Source: an uncultured Gemmatimonadales bacterium
Lineage (GTDB): Bacteria; Gemmatimonadota; Gemmatimonadetes; Gemmatimonadales; Gemmatimonadaceae
DNA length: 64,000 nucleotides
NCBI GenBank assembly: GCA_963701965.1
Contig: OY969695.1
Span: 832,001 to 896,000 of the forward strand
Direction: 5' to 3'
Below are positions 30,326 through 39,288 of the stretch, piece after piece. Positions within the stretch are counted from its first letter, which is position 1, and every line of letters starts with the position of its first letter. The translations under genes were made by a program, and so were the position numbers. Below the pieces are notes generated by a model. That model saw only the letters and a program-made list of their open reading frames with translations. It was not told where the DNA came from and made no database searches.

Positions 30326-30416
30326 GGAGTGGTGGCCGAGAGGCTGAAGGCGGCGGTTTGCTAAACCGTTATAGGGTTGAAAAGCCCTATCGAGGGTTCG
30401 AATCCCTCCCACTCCG
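30326..30416 (+). tRNA. tRNA-Ser(GCT), no encoded CCA
   Basis: Acceptor GGAGTGG/CCACTCC, anticodon arm GCGGT-TTGCTAA-ACCGT, long variable arm, GTTCGAATC. Confidence 0.96.
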
Positions 30417-30465
30417 TGAGCGACGAGGCGACCCGTAGGGTCGCTCGTCACGGAGTGGGAGGGAT
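30402..30465. repeat. Long inverted repeat including the tRNA 3' end
   Basis: ATCCCTCCCACTCCGTGA (30402-30419) is perfectly complementary to TCACGGAGTGGGAGGGAT (30448-30465); inner stem GCGACCC/GGGTCGC. Confidence 0.9.
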
Positions 30466-30478
30466 CCTCTATTTCATG

Positions 30479-30511
30479 CGCCCGAACGCGTTGCGTTCGG
30501 GCGTTAAATTT
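30479..30511 (+). terminator. Probable terminator hairpin after tRNA-Ser
   Basis: 11-bp stem CGCCCGAACGC/GCGTTCGGGCG followed by TTAAATTT. Confidence 0.55.
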
Positions 30512-30524
30512 CCTTACCTACCTC

Positions 30525-31994
30525 ATGTCAGAAATTCCCCAGAACAACCCCCAGCCGCGGCTGAGGTTTGCGCCATCGCCTACCGGCTACCTGCACGTCG
30601 GTGGAGCGCGCACGGCGCTCTTCAATTGGCTCTACGCCAAGCATTATGGCGGGGTCATGCTGCTCCGTATCGAGGATACGGATAAGGCGAGAAGTACCGA
30701 CGACAGTACGCGCGCCATCTTCGACGGGCTGACGTGGCTCGGCATCACGTGGGATGAGGAGCCGGTGTTCCAAGGCGCGAATCTCGAGCGCCACCGGCGC
30801 GACGCCGAGCGGCTGCTGGAGATCGGAGCGGCCTATCGGTGCTTCTGCACCGCCGAGGAGCTGGAGCAGCGGCGGAAGGAGGCCGACCGGAAAGTGCCCT
30901 TCAAGTACGATCGCCGCTGCGACCGGTTGTCGAGCGAAGAGGTCGCGCGGCGCGTGGCGGCCGGGGAGCCCAGTGCGCTCCGGTTCCGCATGCCCGACGG
31001 TACCACCGAATGGATCGATCTCGTCCACGAGCGCATTGCGTTCCCCAACAAGGATCTCGATGACTTCGTGATCCTGCGGTCCGACCGCACCCCCGTGTAC
31101 AACATGGCCGTCGTCTCCGACGACGTCGCAATGGGCATCACCCTCGTGATGCGCGGCGACGACCACATCTCGAACACCCCCAAGCAAATCCTCCTGTACC
31201 ACGCCCTCGGCGCCCCGCTCCCGACATTCGCGCACCTGCCGATGATCCACGGCACCGACGGCAAAAAACTGAGCAAACGGCACGGCGCCACCGCCGTCGG
31301 CGACTACCAGCACGAGGGCATTCTCCCCAGCACGATGGTGAACTTCCTGGCCCTCCTCGGATGGTCTCCAGGCGGAGACCGCGAAGTCATGACCCTCGAG
31401 GAGATGACCAACCTGTTCACCCCGGACGGCCTGCAGAAAAAAGCCGCCGTGTTCGACCCCAAGAAACTCGAGTGGATGAACGGCCAACACTTGTCGCGCG
31501 TGCCGCTATCCGACCTCGAACCCCGCGTGACACCCGCGATCATCGCCGCTGGCTACGCGACATTGGACGAACTACGTACGCGACGCGAGTGGTATTTACA
31601 ATTGCTCGATTTGCTCCGGGTACGAGCACGCACCATCGGCGACATCGTGCGTCAAGCCGCGCCGTTCTTCCGCGACGAGATCGAGTACGACAAAGAAGCG
31701 ATCGAGAAACACTGGAGTGACCGACAGGAAACGTTCGCCGTTCTGACGCAAGTCCGCGACACATTGACCGGTCTTACACCCTGGTCCACAGACTCCCTCG
31801 AGACCGCTTTACGGGCCCTTGCGCGGTCGATGGACATCAAGGATGGCAAGATATTTCAACCACTTCGCGTCGCTTTGACGGGGCTAACAGTCAGTCCAGG
31901 CATATTCGACGTCCTGGTGATGCTCGGCCGCGACACCACGGTGTCGCGTATTTGTACGGCAATCGAGTACATAACAAACGGCGGTCCTTATTGA
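30525..31994 (+). CDS. gltX: Glutamate--tRNA ligase
   Basis: RFAPSPTGYLHVGG, LRIEDTD, RGDDH, KLSKRHG, PLRVALTG. Confidence 0.98.
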   Translation: MSEIPQNNPQPRLRFAPSPTGYLHVGGARTALFNWLYAKHYGGVMLLRIEDTDKARSTDDSTRAIFDGLTWLGITWDEEPVFQGANLERHRRDAERLLEIGAAYRCFCTAEELEQRRKEADRKVPFKYDRRCDRLSSEEVARRVAAGEPSALRFRMPDGTTEWIDLVHERIAFPNKDLDDFVILRSDRTPVYNMAVVSDDVAMGITLVMRGDDHISNTPKQILLYHALGAPLPTFAHLPMIHGTDGKKLSKRHGATAVGDYQHEGILPSTMVNFLALLGWSPGGDREVMTLEEMTNLFTPDGLQKKAAVFDPKKLEWMNGQHLSRVPLSDLEPRVTPAIIAAGYATLDELRTRREWYLQLLDLLRVRARTIGDIVRQAAPFFRDEIEYDKEAIEKHWSDRQETFAVLTQVRDTLTGLTPWSTDSLETALRALARSMDIKDGKIFQPLRVALTGLTVSPGIFDVLVMLGRDTTVSRICTAIEYITNGGPY

Positions 31995-32020
31995 CCGCTT
32001 GACGAGCCGAACCTTACATT
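31991..32020 (+). promoter_or_regulatory. Putative lexA promoter
   Basis: TTGACC-N18-TACATT. Confidence 0.5.
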
Positions 32021-32080
32021 GGGCGCCGTGGTGAACTTCTGTATCCCACGCCGCCCAATCTTCATTTTTTCGAGGCTCGC

Positions 32081-32791
32081 ATGGCCGAACCCCTGACTCC
32101 GATCGAACGAAAAGTCTATCACTACCTCATAGACTTTCTCGCCGAGAATACCTACCAACCCAGCATCCGCGAGATCGGAAAGCGGTTTCGGATCAAGTCG
32201 ACTAAGACGGTGTCCGATCTGCTGCAGTCCCTCGCCGAGAAGGGCTACATCGAACGCGACCCCTCCCGGTCGCGTGGCGTACGACTCCTCGGCTTCGCCG
32301 CCGCCGGTCGCACCCAGCCCGTTCCCGTGTATGGGAAGATCCACGCTGGCGAGCCCGCCCTCGTCCCCGAACATCGCGAAGGGTATCTCACCGTCGACCG
32401 GCGCTTCGTGCCCAACGATGACGTGTACTTCCTGCGCATCAAAGGCGAGAGCATGGTCGGCCGTGGCATCCACGACGGCGACTACGTCCTGGTAAACCCC
32501 TCCGTGCGCGCCACCGACGGCCAGATTGTCGCCGCGCGACTCGGCGGCGAGTCGACCGTCAAGACACTCACCCACCGCGGCGCGTCGATCGTCCTCGAGC
32601 CGGCGAATAGCGGCGAGCGCGAGATCGTCGTCGGCCCCCACGAAGACTTCGCCGTGCTCGGCGTGCTGTGCGGCGTGTTCCGGCCGTTCTACGACGCCGA
32701 GGCCAATCCCGAGACGGCCCACCGTCGGATGCGGGAAGATGAAGACGAAGAAATGGTGGCGGGAGCAGGAGCCCCGGCCGGCGTCGCCTGA
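32081..32791 (+). CDS. lexA: SOS repressor LexA
   Basis: PSIREIG wHTH, AG cleavage site (IHAG), GESM serine, TVK lysine. Confidence 0.95.
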   Translation: MAEPLTPIERKVYHYLIDFLAENTYQPSIREIGKRFRIKSTKTVSDLLQSLAEKGYIERDPSRSRGVRLLGFAAAGRTQPVPVYGKIHAGEPALVPEHREGYLTVDRRFVPNDDVYFLRIKGESMVGRGIHDGDYVLVNPSVRATDGQIVAARLGGESTVKTLTHRGASIVLEPANSGEREIVVGPHEDFAVLGVLCGVFRPFYDAEANPETAHRRMREDEDEEMVAGAGAPAGVA

Positions 32792-32812
32792 GGGCAACGC
32801 CTCACCCGCGGC

Positions 32813-33688
32813 CTATGGCTGCGGGATAACGGGTTGAGAGGAAGAGCCGTCGCTCGCCAGCGTCGGCTCTTTTTCTTGCGCCGGCTTGTCGGGATGCAAC
32901 TGCTGCTGCCGCTCCCGCTCCTTCCGCTGGCGCAGCTCCTTCACCGCCTGGCGGAACTGATCTTCGTTGATCGCCTGATTGGCGTGGAACTGGATGTCCT
33001 GATGCATCGCGGTCAGTTGCGCCTCGCGCATCGACGTCACCGGATTCCCCGTCACGTTCAGCGGCAATATGCCCAACAACGCCGTCGGAATCGACACGGG
33101 GCCGAGCCGGATGTACTTCGGGTCGATCCCCCACTTGTTGTCGCCCTTGCCGAACGTCCAGTCCCCCGGCGTCCGCTCTGAGCCCATCGCCATCAACGAA
33201 TCGTTGTGCGCCTTCACGGCCGCCGCGACCGCCGCGTTCATCTGCTCCGGCACCGTCTTCGGCGCCGTCACCACTGGCGCGGCACCCACCCACACGCGCT
33301 TATCGTTGTACTTCGGCGCCACGCCCTCCGTCGCGCCACCCGCGCCGACGACCGGACCCGCGCCGGCGTCGACCGGCGCCGCGGACGGCGTCGTGGGCGC
33401 CGTCGGCAGAGCGCTCGGTACCGCCTGCGGCGCCACGAGAGGCTTGGGATGCGTGTTGGTGACCCGGCGGTTGTCGCCGCCGCTCTTACCCGGATTCGTC
33501 TCGGTGCTGTTCTGCGGCACGGCCACGAACCCAATGCGCTCGACTACCGGCTGCTTCCCCTGCAACGGCCGCAACCAATTGCTGCCCGGATGCGGCATCA
33601 ACAAGAGACGCAAGATCCCCGCGCCCACCAGAATGTGCAGGACAATGGAGAGCGCAAAGGAGGCCGACGGCCGCCGCCAGTTCCGCAT
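32813..33688 (-). CDS. Membrane-anchored Pro-rich hypothetical protein (start may be 33703)
   Basis: TonB-like SIVLH TM, Pro/Ala linker, DWT...KWGIDP domain, C-terminal coiled coil. Confidence 0.7.
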   Translation of the reverse strand: MRNWRRPSASFALSIVLHILVGAGILRLLLMPHPGSNWLRPLQGKQPVVERIGFVAVPQNSTETNPGKSGGDNRRVTNTHPKPLVAPQAVPSALPTAPTTPSAAPVDAGAGPVVGAGGATEGVAPKYNDKRVWVGAAPVVTAPKTVPEQMNAAVAAAVKAHNDSLMAMGSERTPGDWTFGKGDNKWGIDPKYIRLGPVSIPTALLGILPLNVTGNPVTSMREAQLTAMHQDIQFHANQAINEDQFRQAVKELRQRKERERQQQLHPDKPAQEKEPTLASDGSSSQPVIPQP

Positions 33689-33692
33689 ACGG

Positions 33693-34877
33693 CTACGCAG
33701 CACGCGCCTCGAATGACGCAAGCACCCGCCCGGTCCGCCGCGCCGCCTCACGAATCCGCTCCGGCGACGTGATGAACGATACGCGGAAGAATCCTTCGCC
33801 CCCCGGTCCAAACGCGGAGCCCGGCATTACGATCACGCCCTCCTCCTCCATCAACCGGTCACTGAACGCGGCGCTCGGCAATCCCTCTGGTAACGCGATC
33901 CACACGTACATTGTGGCCTGGGGCACGTCGCACGTAAGCCCCGCCGCGCGAAACGCCTCCACCGCCGCGTCCCGCCGCTCACGAAAGACCGCCACGTTGC
34001 CCGGCACGAACTGCGCCCAACTCTCGAGCGCGGCGACCCCGGCCGCCTGTACAGCCATGAACTGGCCGGTGTCGACAAAGGATTTCACCTTGGCCAACGC
34101 GCCCGCCACCTCGGGCTTGGCGACCGCCCACCCGCAGCGCCACCCGGTCATGTTGTACGTCTTCGACAACGAGTGGAACTCGATCGCCACATCGCGGGCT
34201 CCATCGATCTCGAAGATACTCGGCGGCACATACCCGTCGAACGCCAGCTCGCTGTAGGCGTTGTCGTACACCAGTAAAATGTCGAGTTCCCGACACCGCC
34301 GAACCACGTCCTCCAAATAAGACACTGGAGCGATCGCGGCCGTCGGATTATTGGGATAGTTCAAGTACAACACGCGCGTCCGCCGCAACACGTCCGGCGG
34401 AACGTCATCGAGGTCGACCAGAAACTGCGTGCGCGGGCGCAGGGCGTACGGATACTTCGTGGCGTCGCTCAAGAGCGTGCCGCCGAGATACGAGTTGTAA
34501 CCGGGCTCGGGAACGATGGCGACGTCCCCGCGGCCCAGGTAGGCCAGCGCCAGGTGCGACAGACCCTCCTTCGACCCGATCAGCGGCACCAGCTCCCTAT
34601 AGGGGTCGAAGCGCACGCCGAACCGCTGCTCCATCCACGCCGCCGCCGTTTCGCGGAACCGCGGCAACCCGAGACCGAACCCGTATCGATTGAGCGCCGG
34701 CTCGCCGACCGCCGTACGCAGCCGTTCCACGGCCGCCGCCGGCGCCGGCAGATCGGCGTCCCCCGCGCCCAGGTCGATCACATCGACCCCGCGGGCGAGG
34801 AGCTCACGCTTTCTCTGCGGAATGGTGGCCAACGGGTACTCCGGAAGCGTGACGAACCGTGCGCTGAACGGCGGCAT
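33693..34877 (-). CDS. Class I/II aminotransferase, LL-diaminopimelate aminotransferase-like
   Basis: LIGSKEG, NYPNNPT, DNAYSE, SLSKTYNMTGWR, GEGFFR. Confidence 0.88.
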   Translation of the reverse strand: MPPFSARFVTLPEYPLATIPQRKRELLARGVDVIDLGAGDADLPAPAAAVERLRTAVGEPALNRYGFGLGLPRFRETAAAWMEQRFGVRFDPYRELVPLIGSKEGLSHLALAYLGRGDVAIVPEPGYNSYLGGTLLSDATKYPYALRPRTQFLVDLDDVPPDVLRRTRVLYLNYPNNPTAAIAPVSYLEDVVRRCRELDILLVYDNAYSELAFDGYVPPSIFEIDGARDVAIEFHSLSKTYNMTGWRCGWAVAKPEVAGALAKVKSFVDTGQFMAVQAAGVAALESWAQFVPGNVAVFRERRDAAVEAFRAAGLTCDVPQATMYVWIALPEGLPSAAFSDRLMEEEGVIVMPGSAFGPGGEGFFRVSFITSPERIREAARRTGRVLASFEARAA

Positions 34878-34879
34878 AC

Positions 34880-35473
34880 TCAGGCGACGGGATTCCGCAC
34901 GCGGCTCACACCGACCACGTCCACTTCGACCACGTCGCCTGCATTCAAGCGACCGACGCCGGCCGGGGTTCCGGTGGCGATCAGGTCGCCAGATTCCAGG
35001 GTCATCACACTGGAAATGAACGCGATCAACCGCGGAATCGCAAATACCATGAGATCCGCCGTCCCGCGCTGGCGCTCGACCCCGTTGACCCGAGTGACCA
35101 CGGTAAGCGCCGACAGGTCACCGCGATATTCGTGAACGGGCCCGACCGGGCAAAACGTGTCGAACCCCTTGGCCCGCGTAAACTGGACGTCGAGCTTCTG
35201 GAGATCGCGGGCGGTCACGTCATTGATGGCGCAAATCCCGCCGATGACCGCGGCCGCATCGGACTCGGGCACGGCCTTGGCCCGGGTCCCGATCACGATG
35301 CCGATCTCGCCCTCGTATTCGACCTGTTGCGATCGCGCGGGGAGCACGATCCGGTCGCCATCGCCAATCCGCGCCGACGGCGGCTTGAGAAAGATCAAAG
35401 GCTCCGTGGGCACCTCGTTGCCCAGCTCCGCGGCGTGCGCCCGATAGTTCCGGCCGATGCAGACGATTTTCAT
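34880..35473 (-). CDS. Fumarylacetoacetate hydrolase family protein
   Basis: KIVCIGRNY, FLKPPS, EGE, NDVTARDLQ, AKGFDTF, TGTPAGVG. Confidence 0.93.
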   Translation of the reverse strand: MKIVCIGRNYRAHAAELGNEVPTEPLIFLKPPSARIGDGDRIVLPARSQQVEYEGEIGIVIGTRAKAVPESDAAAVIGGICAINDVTARDLQKLDVQFTRAKGFDTFCPVGPVHEYRGDLSALTVVTRVNGVERQRGTADLMVFAIPRLIAFISSVMTLESGDLIATGTPAGVGRLNAGDVVEVDVVGVSRVRNPVA

Positions 35474-37968
35474 GGGATGGGGATGGGGGAATAAAATTCC
35501 TGCAGCGCGCTCCGCACCTGCGCCCAGGGCGCGATCAGCCGGCGGGCCGGCGGCAACGCGTCGAGCAGGACGCGACCGTAGGACTTGGTCGCCACGCGCG
35601 GGTCCGTAATGAGCACGACGCCGCGGTCCGTCGTCGAACGAATGAGCCGCCCGAAGCCTTGCTTCAACCGCAGCGAAGCGTGGGGCAGCATATACTCGGC
35701 GAACGGATCGCCGCCCCGCGCCGTGATGGCCTCGCACTGCGCGGCGGTGATCGGTTCCGTGGGCACGCGGAACGGGAGCTTGGCGATCACCAGCGCGCGC
35801 AATGCATTGCCGGGCACGTCGACGCCTTCCCAGAACGACGCCGTGCCCAGCAACACGGCGCGCCCGCACTCGCGAAACCGGTTCAACAGCACGTCGCGCG
35901 GCTCCTCGCCATGCACGAGCAACGGCCACGCCGATCCGCGTAACGACGCCGCGATGTCCCGGACGTCCCGGTGGCTCGTGCACAGCACGAACATCCCGCC
36001 ATCGGCGGCCGCGGCCAGATCCGCGGTCGCGCGGCACACGGCGGCGAAATGGCGCGCCGCGTCCACGTTCGGGGGCGGGATATCCGTGGGGACGGCGAGC
36101 AACGCCTGAGCGTCGTAGTCGAACGGCGAAGGGAACACCGCCGTCGCCGGCGGCGTAGCCAGGGCGTCGACACCGAGGCGATTGGCGAGAAACCCGAAGC
36201 CCGTGCTGCTGGTGAGCGTCGCGCTCGTCACCACGGTCGTGGTCAGCCGGCCGAACAGATCCTCTCGCAGGATGGGCGCCAGATCGAGCGGGACACTGGA
36301 GACCGCCACGTTGCGCTCCGGACGCTCGCCACCGCGCGGCGGCGCGCCGCGCAGCTCGACCCAGCGGACTCCCGGCGTGCTGTCCGGCGGCGGAATGAGC
36401 GACGACCGGAGCCCATCGGCCGCGACCTGCAAGCGGCGGCCAACGCCCCGGACCTCGTTGAACACCGGCGCCACGGCCTCGTCCGGCGCCGCCTCGCGCT
36501 CGTGCCGCTCGCGCACGATCCGCAGACTGTCGTTGAGCAACTCGATCTCCCGCAGGAGATCCGTCAGCGCCGAGCCGAGACCATCGGCCCAGATGTGATG
36601 CTGGGCAAACGCCTCGGTCAACCGGACCTGACCGCCGCCCTCGTCGGCGACGAACTGCTCCAAGAGCCCGAACACGCGCTCCGCGGTCTGCTTCGCGGCG
36701 GCGGCGGCGGGGACCAACCGCCCCTGCACCAGATCGAGCGACGCGGTGTTGAGCAGATCGCTCTTGCGGCTCAATCGCGCCACGAGGGCGGCCAGGAGAC
36801 CGCGGCCCCGGCGATCGAGACGGCCGAACAGCCGCTGCAGACCGCGCCGCGTCACGGTGGATCCCAAGTGGGCGGCCGCGGCGTCCTCGAGGTGATGGCC
36901 CTCGTCGACGACCAGCCGCGCGTAGGGCGGCAGGACGGCGGCCTCCTGCCAGTTCTGCTGCGCGCGCCGCACGGCGACGTCGGACATCAAGAGGTGATGA
37001 TTCACCACCACGATATCCGCTTGCGCCGCTTCGCGGCGTGCGCGGAAGAGAAAGCAATCGCCGAAATGCGGACACTGCATCCGCGGGCAAAGATCGGGCT
37101 CGGCGGCCACTTCATCCCACACTTCGGGGCGCGGCGGCGTAGGGAGATCGGCAAGCGAGCCATCGGCCGTGCGCTCCGCCCAGGCGGCGATCGCCCGCAG
37201 CTCGTCATCGGCCCCGCGGTCGAAGAGACTGGCGCCGCCGGCCTTCGCCTGCTCCAGGCGCGCCAGACACAGATAGTTGCGCCATCCCTTGAGCAGCGCG
37301 AACCGGACCGGCTGGTCGCCCAGCGCCCGCGCCAGGAATGGCAAATCCTTGCCGACGAGTTGCTCCTGCAGGTTGATCGTGTTGGTCGAGACGACGGTCC
37401 GCTCGGCGTTGGCGGCCGCCCAGCGCAGCGCCGGGACGAGATACGCCAGCGATTTCCCGACGCCGGTCCCCGCCTCCAGTAAGCCCACACCGCCCTCGTT
37501 GTAGAGGCGCGAGATGGACAGGACCATGTCCCGTTGACTGGCGCGATCCTCGTAGCGATTGAGCAATGACGCGACCGGTCCGTCGGGGCCCAAGGTGTCG
37601 GCGACGGCATCGGGATCCAGCGCCTTCCGCTCCACGGCCCGCGGCACTTCGACGACGACGTAGAGGGCGGTCGCCGTGTTGTCGACGATCCCGAACCCAA
37701 TGCCGCTCTGGTACACGCGGGCCGCGATGTCGAGATCGGCGTCGGACGGATCGAGACGGCCGGAGGGATGATTGTGCACCAGCATCTCGCCGCGCGCGGC
37801 GAATCCCGGCAAAGCCAGCACGCTCCCCACGTCGCCGCGGGCCACGACGCGCGCCGTGACTACGCGGGCTTCGTCGTCGATCGCGCAAGCGAAGCAGACC
37901 TCGCGCCCGCCGGCGAGCTGGATCGCCGCGCGCATCGCCGCCGCCGCGCTCGGGCTGAGACGGTTCAC
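35470..37968 (-). CDS. DinG/YoaA-family Fe-S helicase with N-terminal JAB/MPN-like domain
   Basis: EAGTGVGKS, NYLC and other Fe-S cysteines, DEGH, FWEGVD, QGFGRLIR; N-terminal REV...HNHPSG...PSDAD; GTG start overlaps the upstream TGA. Confidence 0.92.
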   Translation of the reverse strand: MNRLSPSAAAAMRAAIQLAGGREVCFACAIDDEARVVTARVVARGDVGSVLALPGFAARGEMLVHNHPSGRLDPSDADLDIAARVYQSGIGFGIVDNTATALYVVVEVPRAVERKALDPDAVADTLGPDGPVASLLNRYEDRASQRDMVLSISRLYNEGGVGLLEAGTGVGKSLAYLVPALRWAAANAERTVVSTNTINLQEQLVGKDLPFLARALGDQPVRFALLKGWRNYLCLARLEQAKAGGASLFDRGADDELRAIAAWAERTADGSLADLPTPPRPEVWDEVAAEPDLCPRMQCPHFGDCFLFRARREAAQADIVVVNHHLLMSDVAVRRAQQNWQEAAVLPPYARLVVDEGHHLEDAAAAHLGSTVTRRGLQRLFGRLDRRGRGLLAALVARLSRKSDLLNTASLDLVQGRLVPAAAAAKQTAERVFGLLEQFVADEGGGQVRLTEAFAQHHIWADGLGSALTDLLREIELLNDSLRIVRERHEREAAPDEAVAPVFNEVRGVGRRLQVAADGLRSSLIPPPDSTPGVRWVELRGAPPRGGERPERNVAVSSVPLDLAPILREDLFGRLTTTVVTSATLTSSTGFGFLANRLGVDALATPPATAVFPSPFDYDAQALLAVPTDIPPPNVDAARHFAAVCRATADLAAAADGGMFVLCTSHRDVRDIAASLRGSAWPLLVHGEEPRDVLLNRFRECGRAVLLGTASFWEGVDVPGNALRALVIAKLPFRVPTEPITAAQCEAITARGGDPFAEYMLPHASLRLKQGFGRLIRSTTDRGVVLITDPRVATKSYGRVLLDALPPARRLIAPWAQVRSALQEFYSPIPIP

Positions 37969-39276
37969 GTCTTGAGCGGTTTCTTCTTGGCGGCGGGAAA
38001 CAGCACGTTGTTGAGGATCAACCGGTAGCCCGGCGAGTTCGGATGCAACGAGAGATCCGTCGACGGGTTTCCGATGGCGTGCTGCGGATCCTCGGGATCG
38101 TGCCCCCCCAAGAACGTCCACGATCCTTTCCCCGCGTCGCCGTGAATGTACTTGACCCACGGCGCGCCTTCCTCGTTGGCCAGCACCACGTCGGCGGACT
38201 TGAGCGTCGACTTGGCGAAGCTGGTCGTGACGCCGTAAAAATCAGGGACCACCGTGCGGTGGTTCTGCACGAGCATCGACGCCACGGGATCGAACTTGGC
38301 GGCGAACCCGAACAGCGTGAACGCGCCCAACGGCTGCTTGCGGGAAGGCACGTTGGCCTGGTGGCCGTCGATGTCGCTCATGGAGTTCACGAGCGGCGAC
38401 GTCTCCAGATGGGCGTTCTGAAACGCCAACGCCCGCGTCCAGTCCATCTTGGCGTCGGCGTCGGGATCCATCGGCGTGCCGTCGGAAAACGGTCCGTCAA
38501 TGTCGACATCATGGGACGCCAGCGCCAGGTCCAGGGTCTCCGTGGCGCCGCACATGGCGAACAAGAACCCGCCCTTCTGCACGAACTCGCGGACATTCTC
38601 GGCGACGGCCTTCTTGAGCGCCGGGACGGTGGGAAACCCGAGGCGTTTGGCGGCATCCTGGTCGCGGGTGACTTGATCCACGAACCACGGCGCGCCTCGC
38701 GAATTGATATAGAGCTTGTTGAACTGCCCCGTGAAATCCTCGTGAAACAGGTGCACCCAGTCGTACTTGGGCAGATCCCCGCCCACGACTTGCTCGTCCC
38801 ACACGTTGGTGAACGGAATCTCGGCGTACTGGAGCGCCAGCGTCACGGCGTCGTCCCACGGTGGCGACTTGGGAGGACTGTACACGGCGATCGTCGGCGC
38901 CTTCTCCAGCACAATGCTGTCCATGTTGCTGGCACTGATCTCGCCGCGCACCGACGACACGCCCCCATCGTCGAGCGGCGTGGCGCTCACGCCGGCCAGG
39001 GCCGCCCGCCGGCGCACTTCGGGGATATCGGGCAGCAGGAAGGAGCCCCCCCGATAGTTGAGGAGCCACTCGCCCTTCCCACCCGCCTTGAGCGTGTTGT
39101 AGGCGATCCCGTAGGCCTTGAGAATGATTTTGCTGATCATCGTCCATGGGGATGAGCAGCATCGGCGCCTGGATCGGCACGCGCAGCGCCGGCCACCCAA
39201 AGGAGGGGTTCCGGCCCGTCACGCGGGCCAGTGCCGCCGAGGCGGCGCCCGCCAACAATTCCCGTCGCGTCAGCAT
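37965..39276 (-). CDS. Conserved Tat-exported protein with amidotransferase-like fold (frameshift ~39125)
   Basis: MLTRRELL Tat motif; LLIPMDDDQQNH joins LKAYG..Y; WLLNYRGGSF, PWDDAVT, HEDFTGQ, FAMC, GGHDPED. Confidence 0.8.
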
Positions 39277-39288
39277 CCCGGACGAAAT

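Noticed and set aside
31995..32080. LexA (SOS) box
   Set aside because: No convincing palindrome or recognised SOS consensus identified
34880..37090. 736-aa ORF implying a long N-terminal extension on the FAH protein
   Set aside because: The extension is an alternative frame of the DinG gene; the real start is ATG 35473 overlapping the DinG stop
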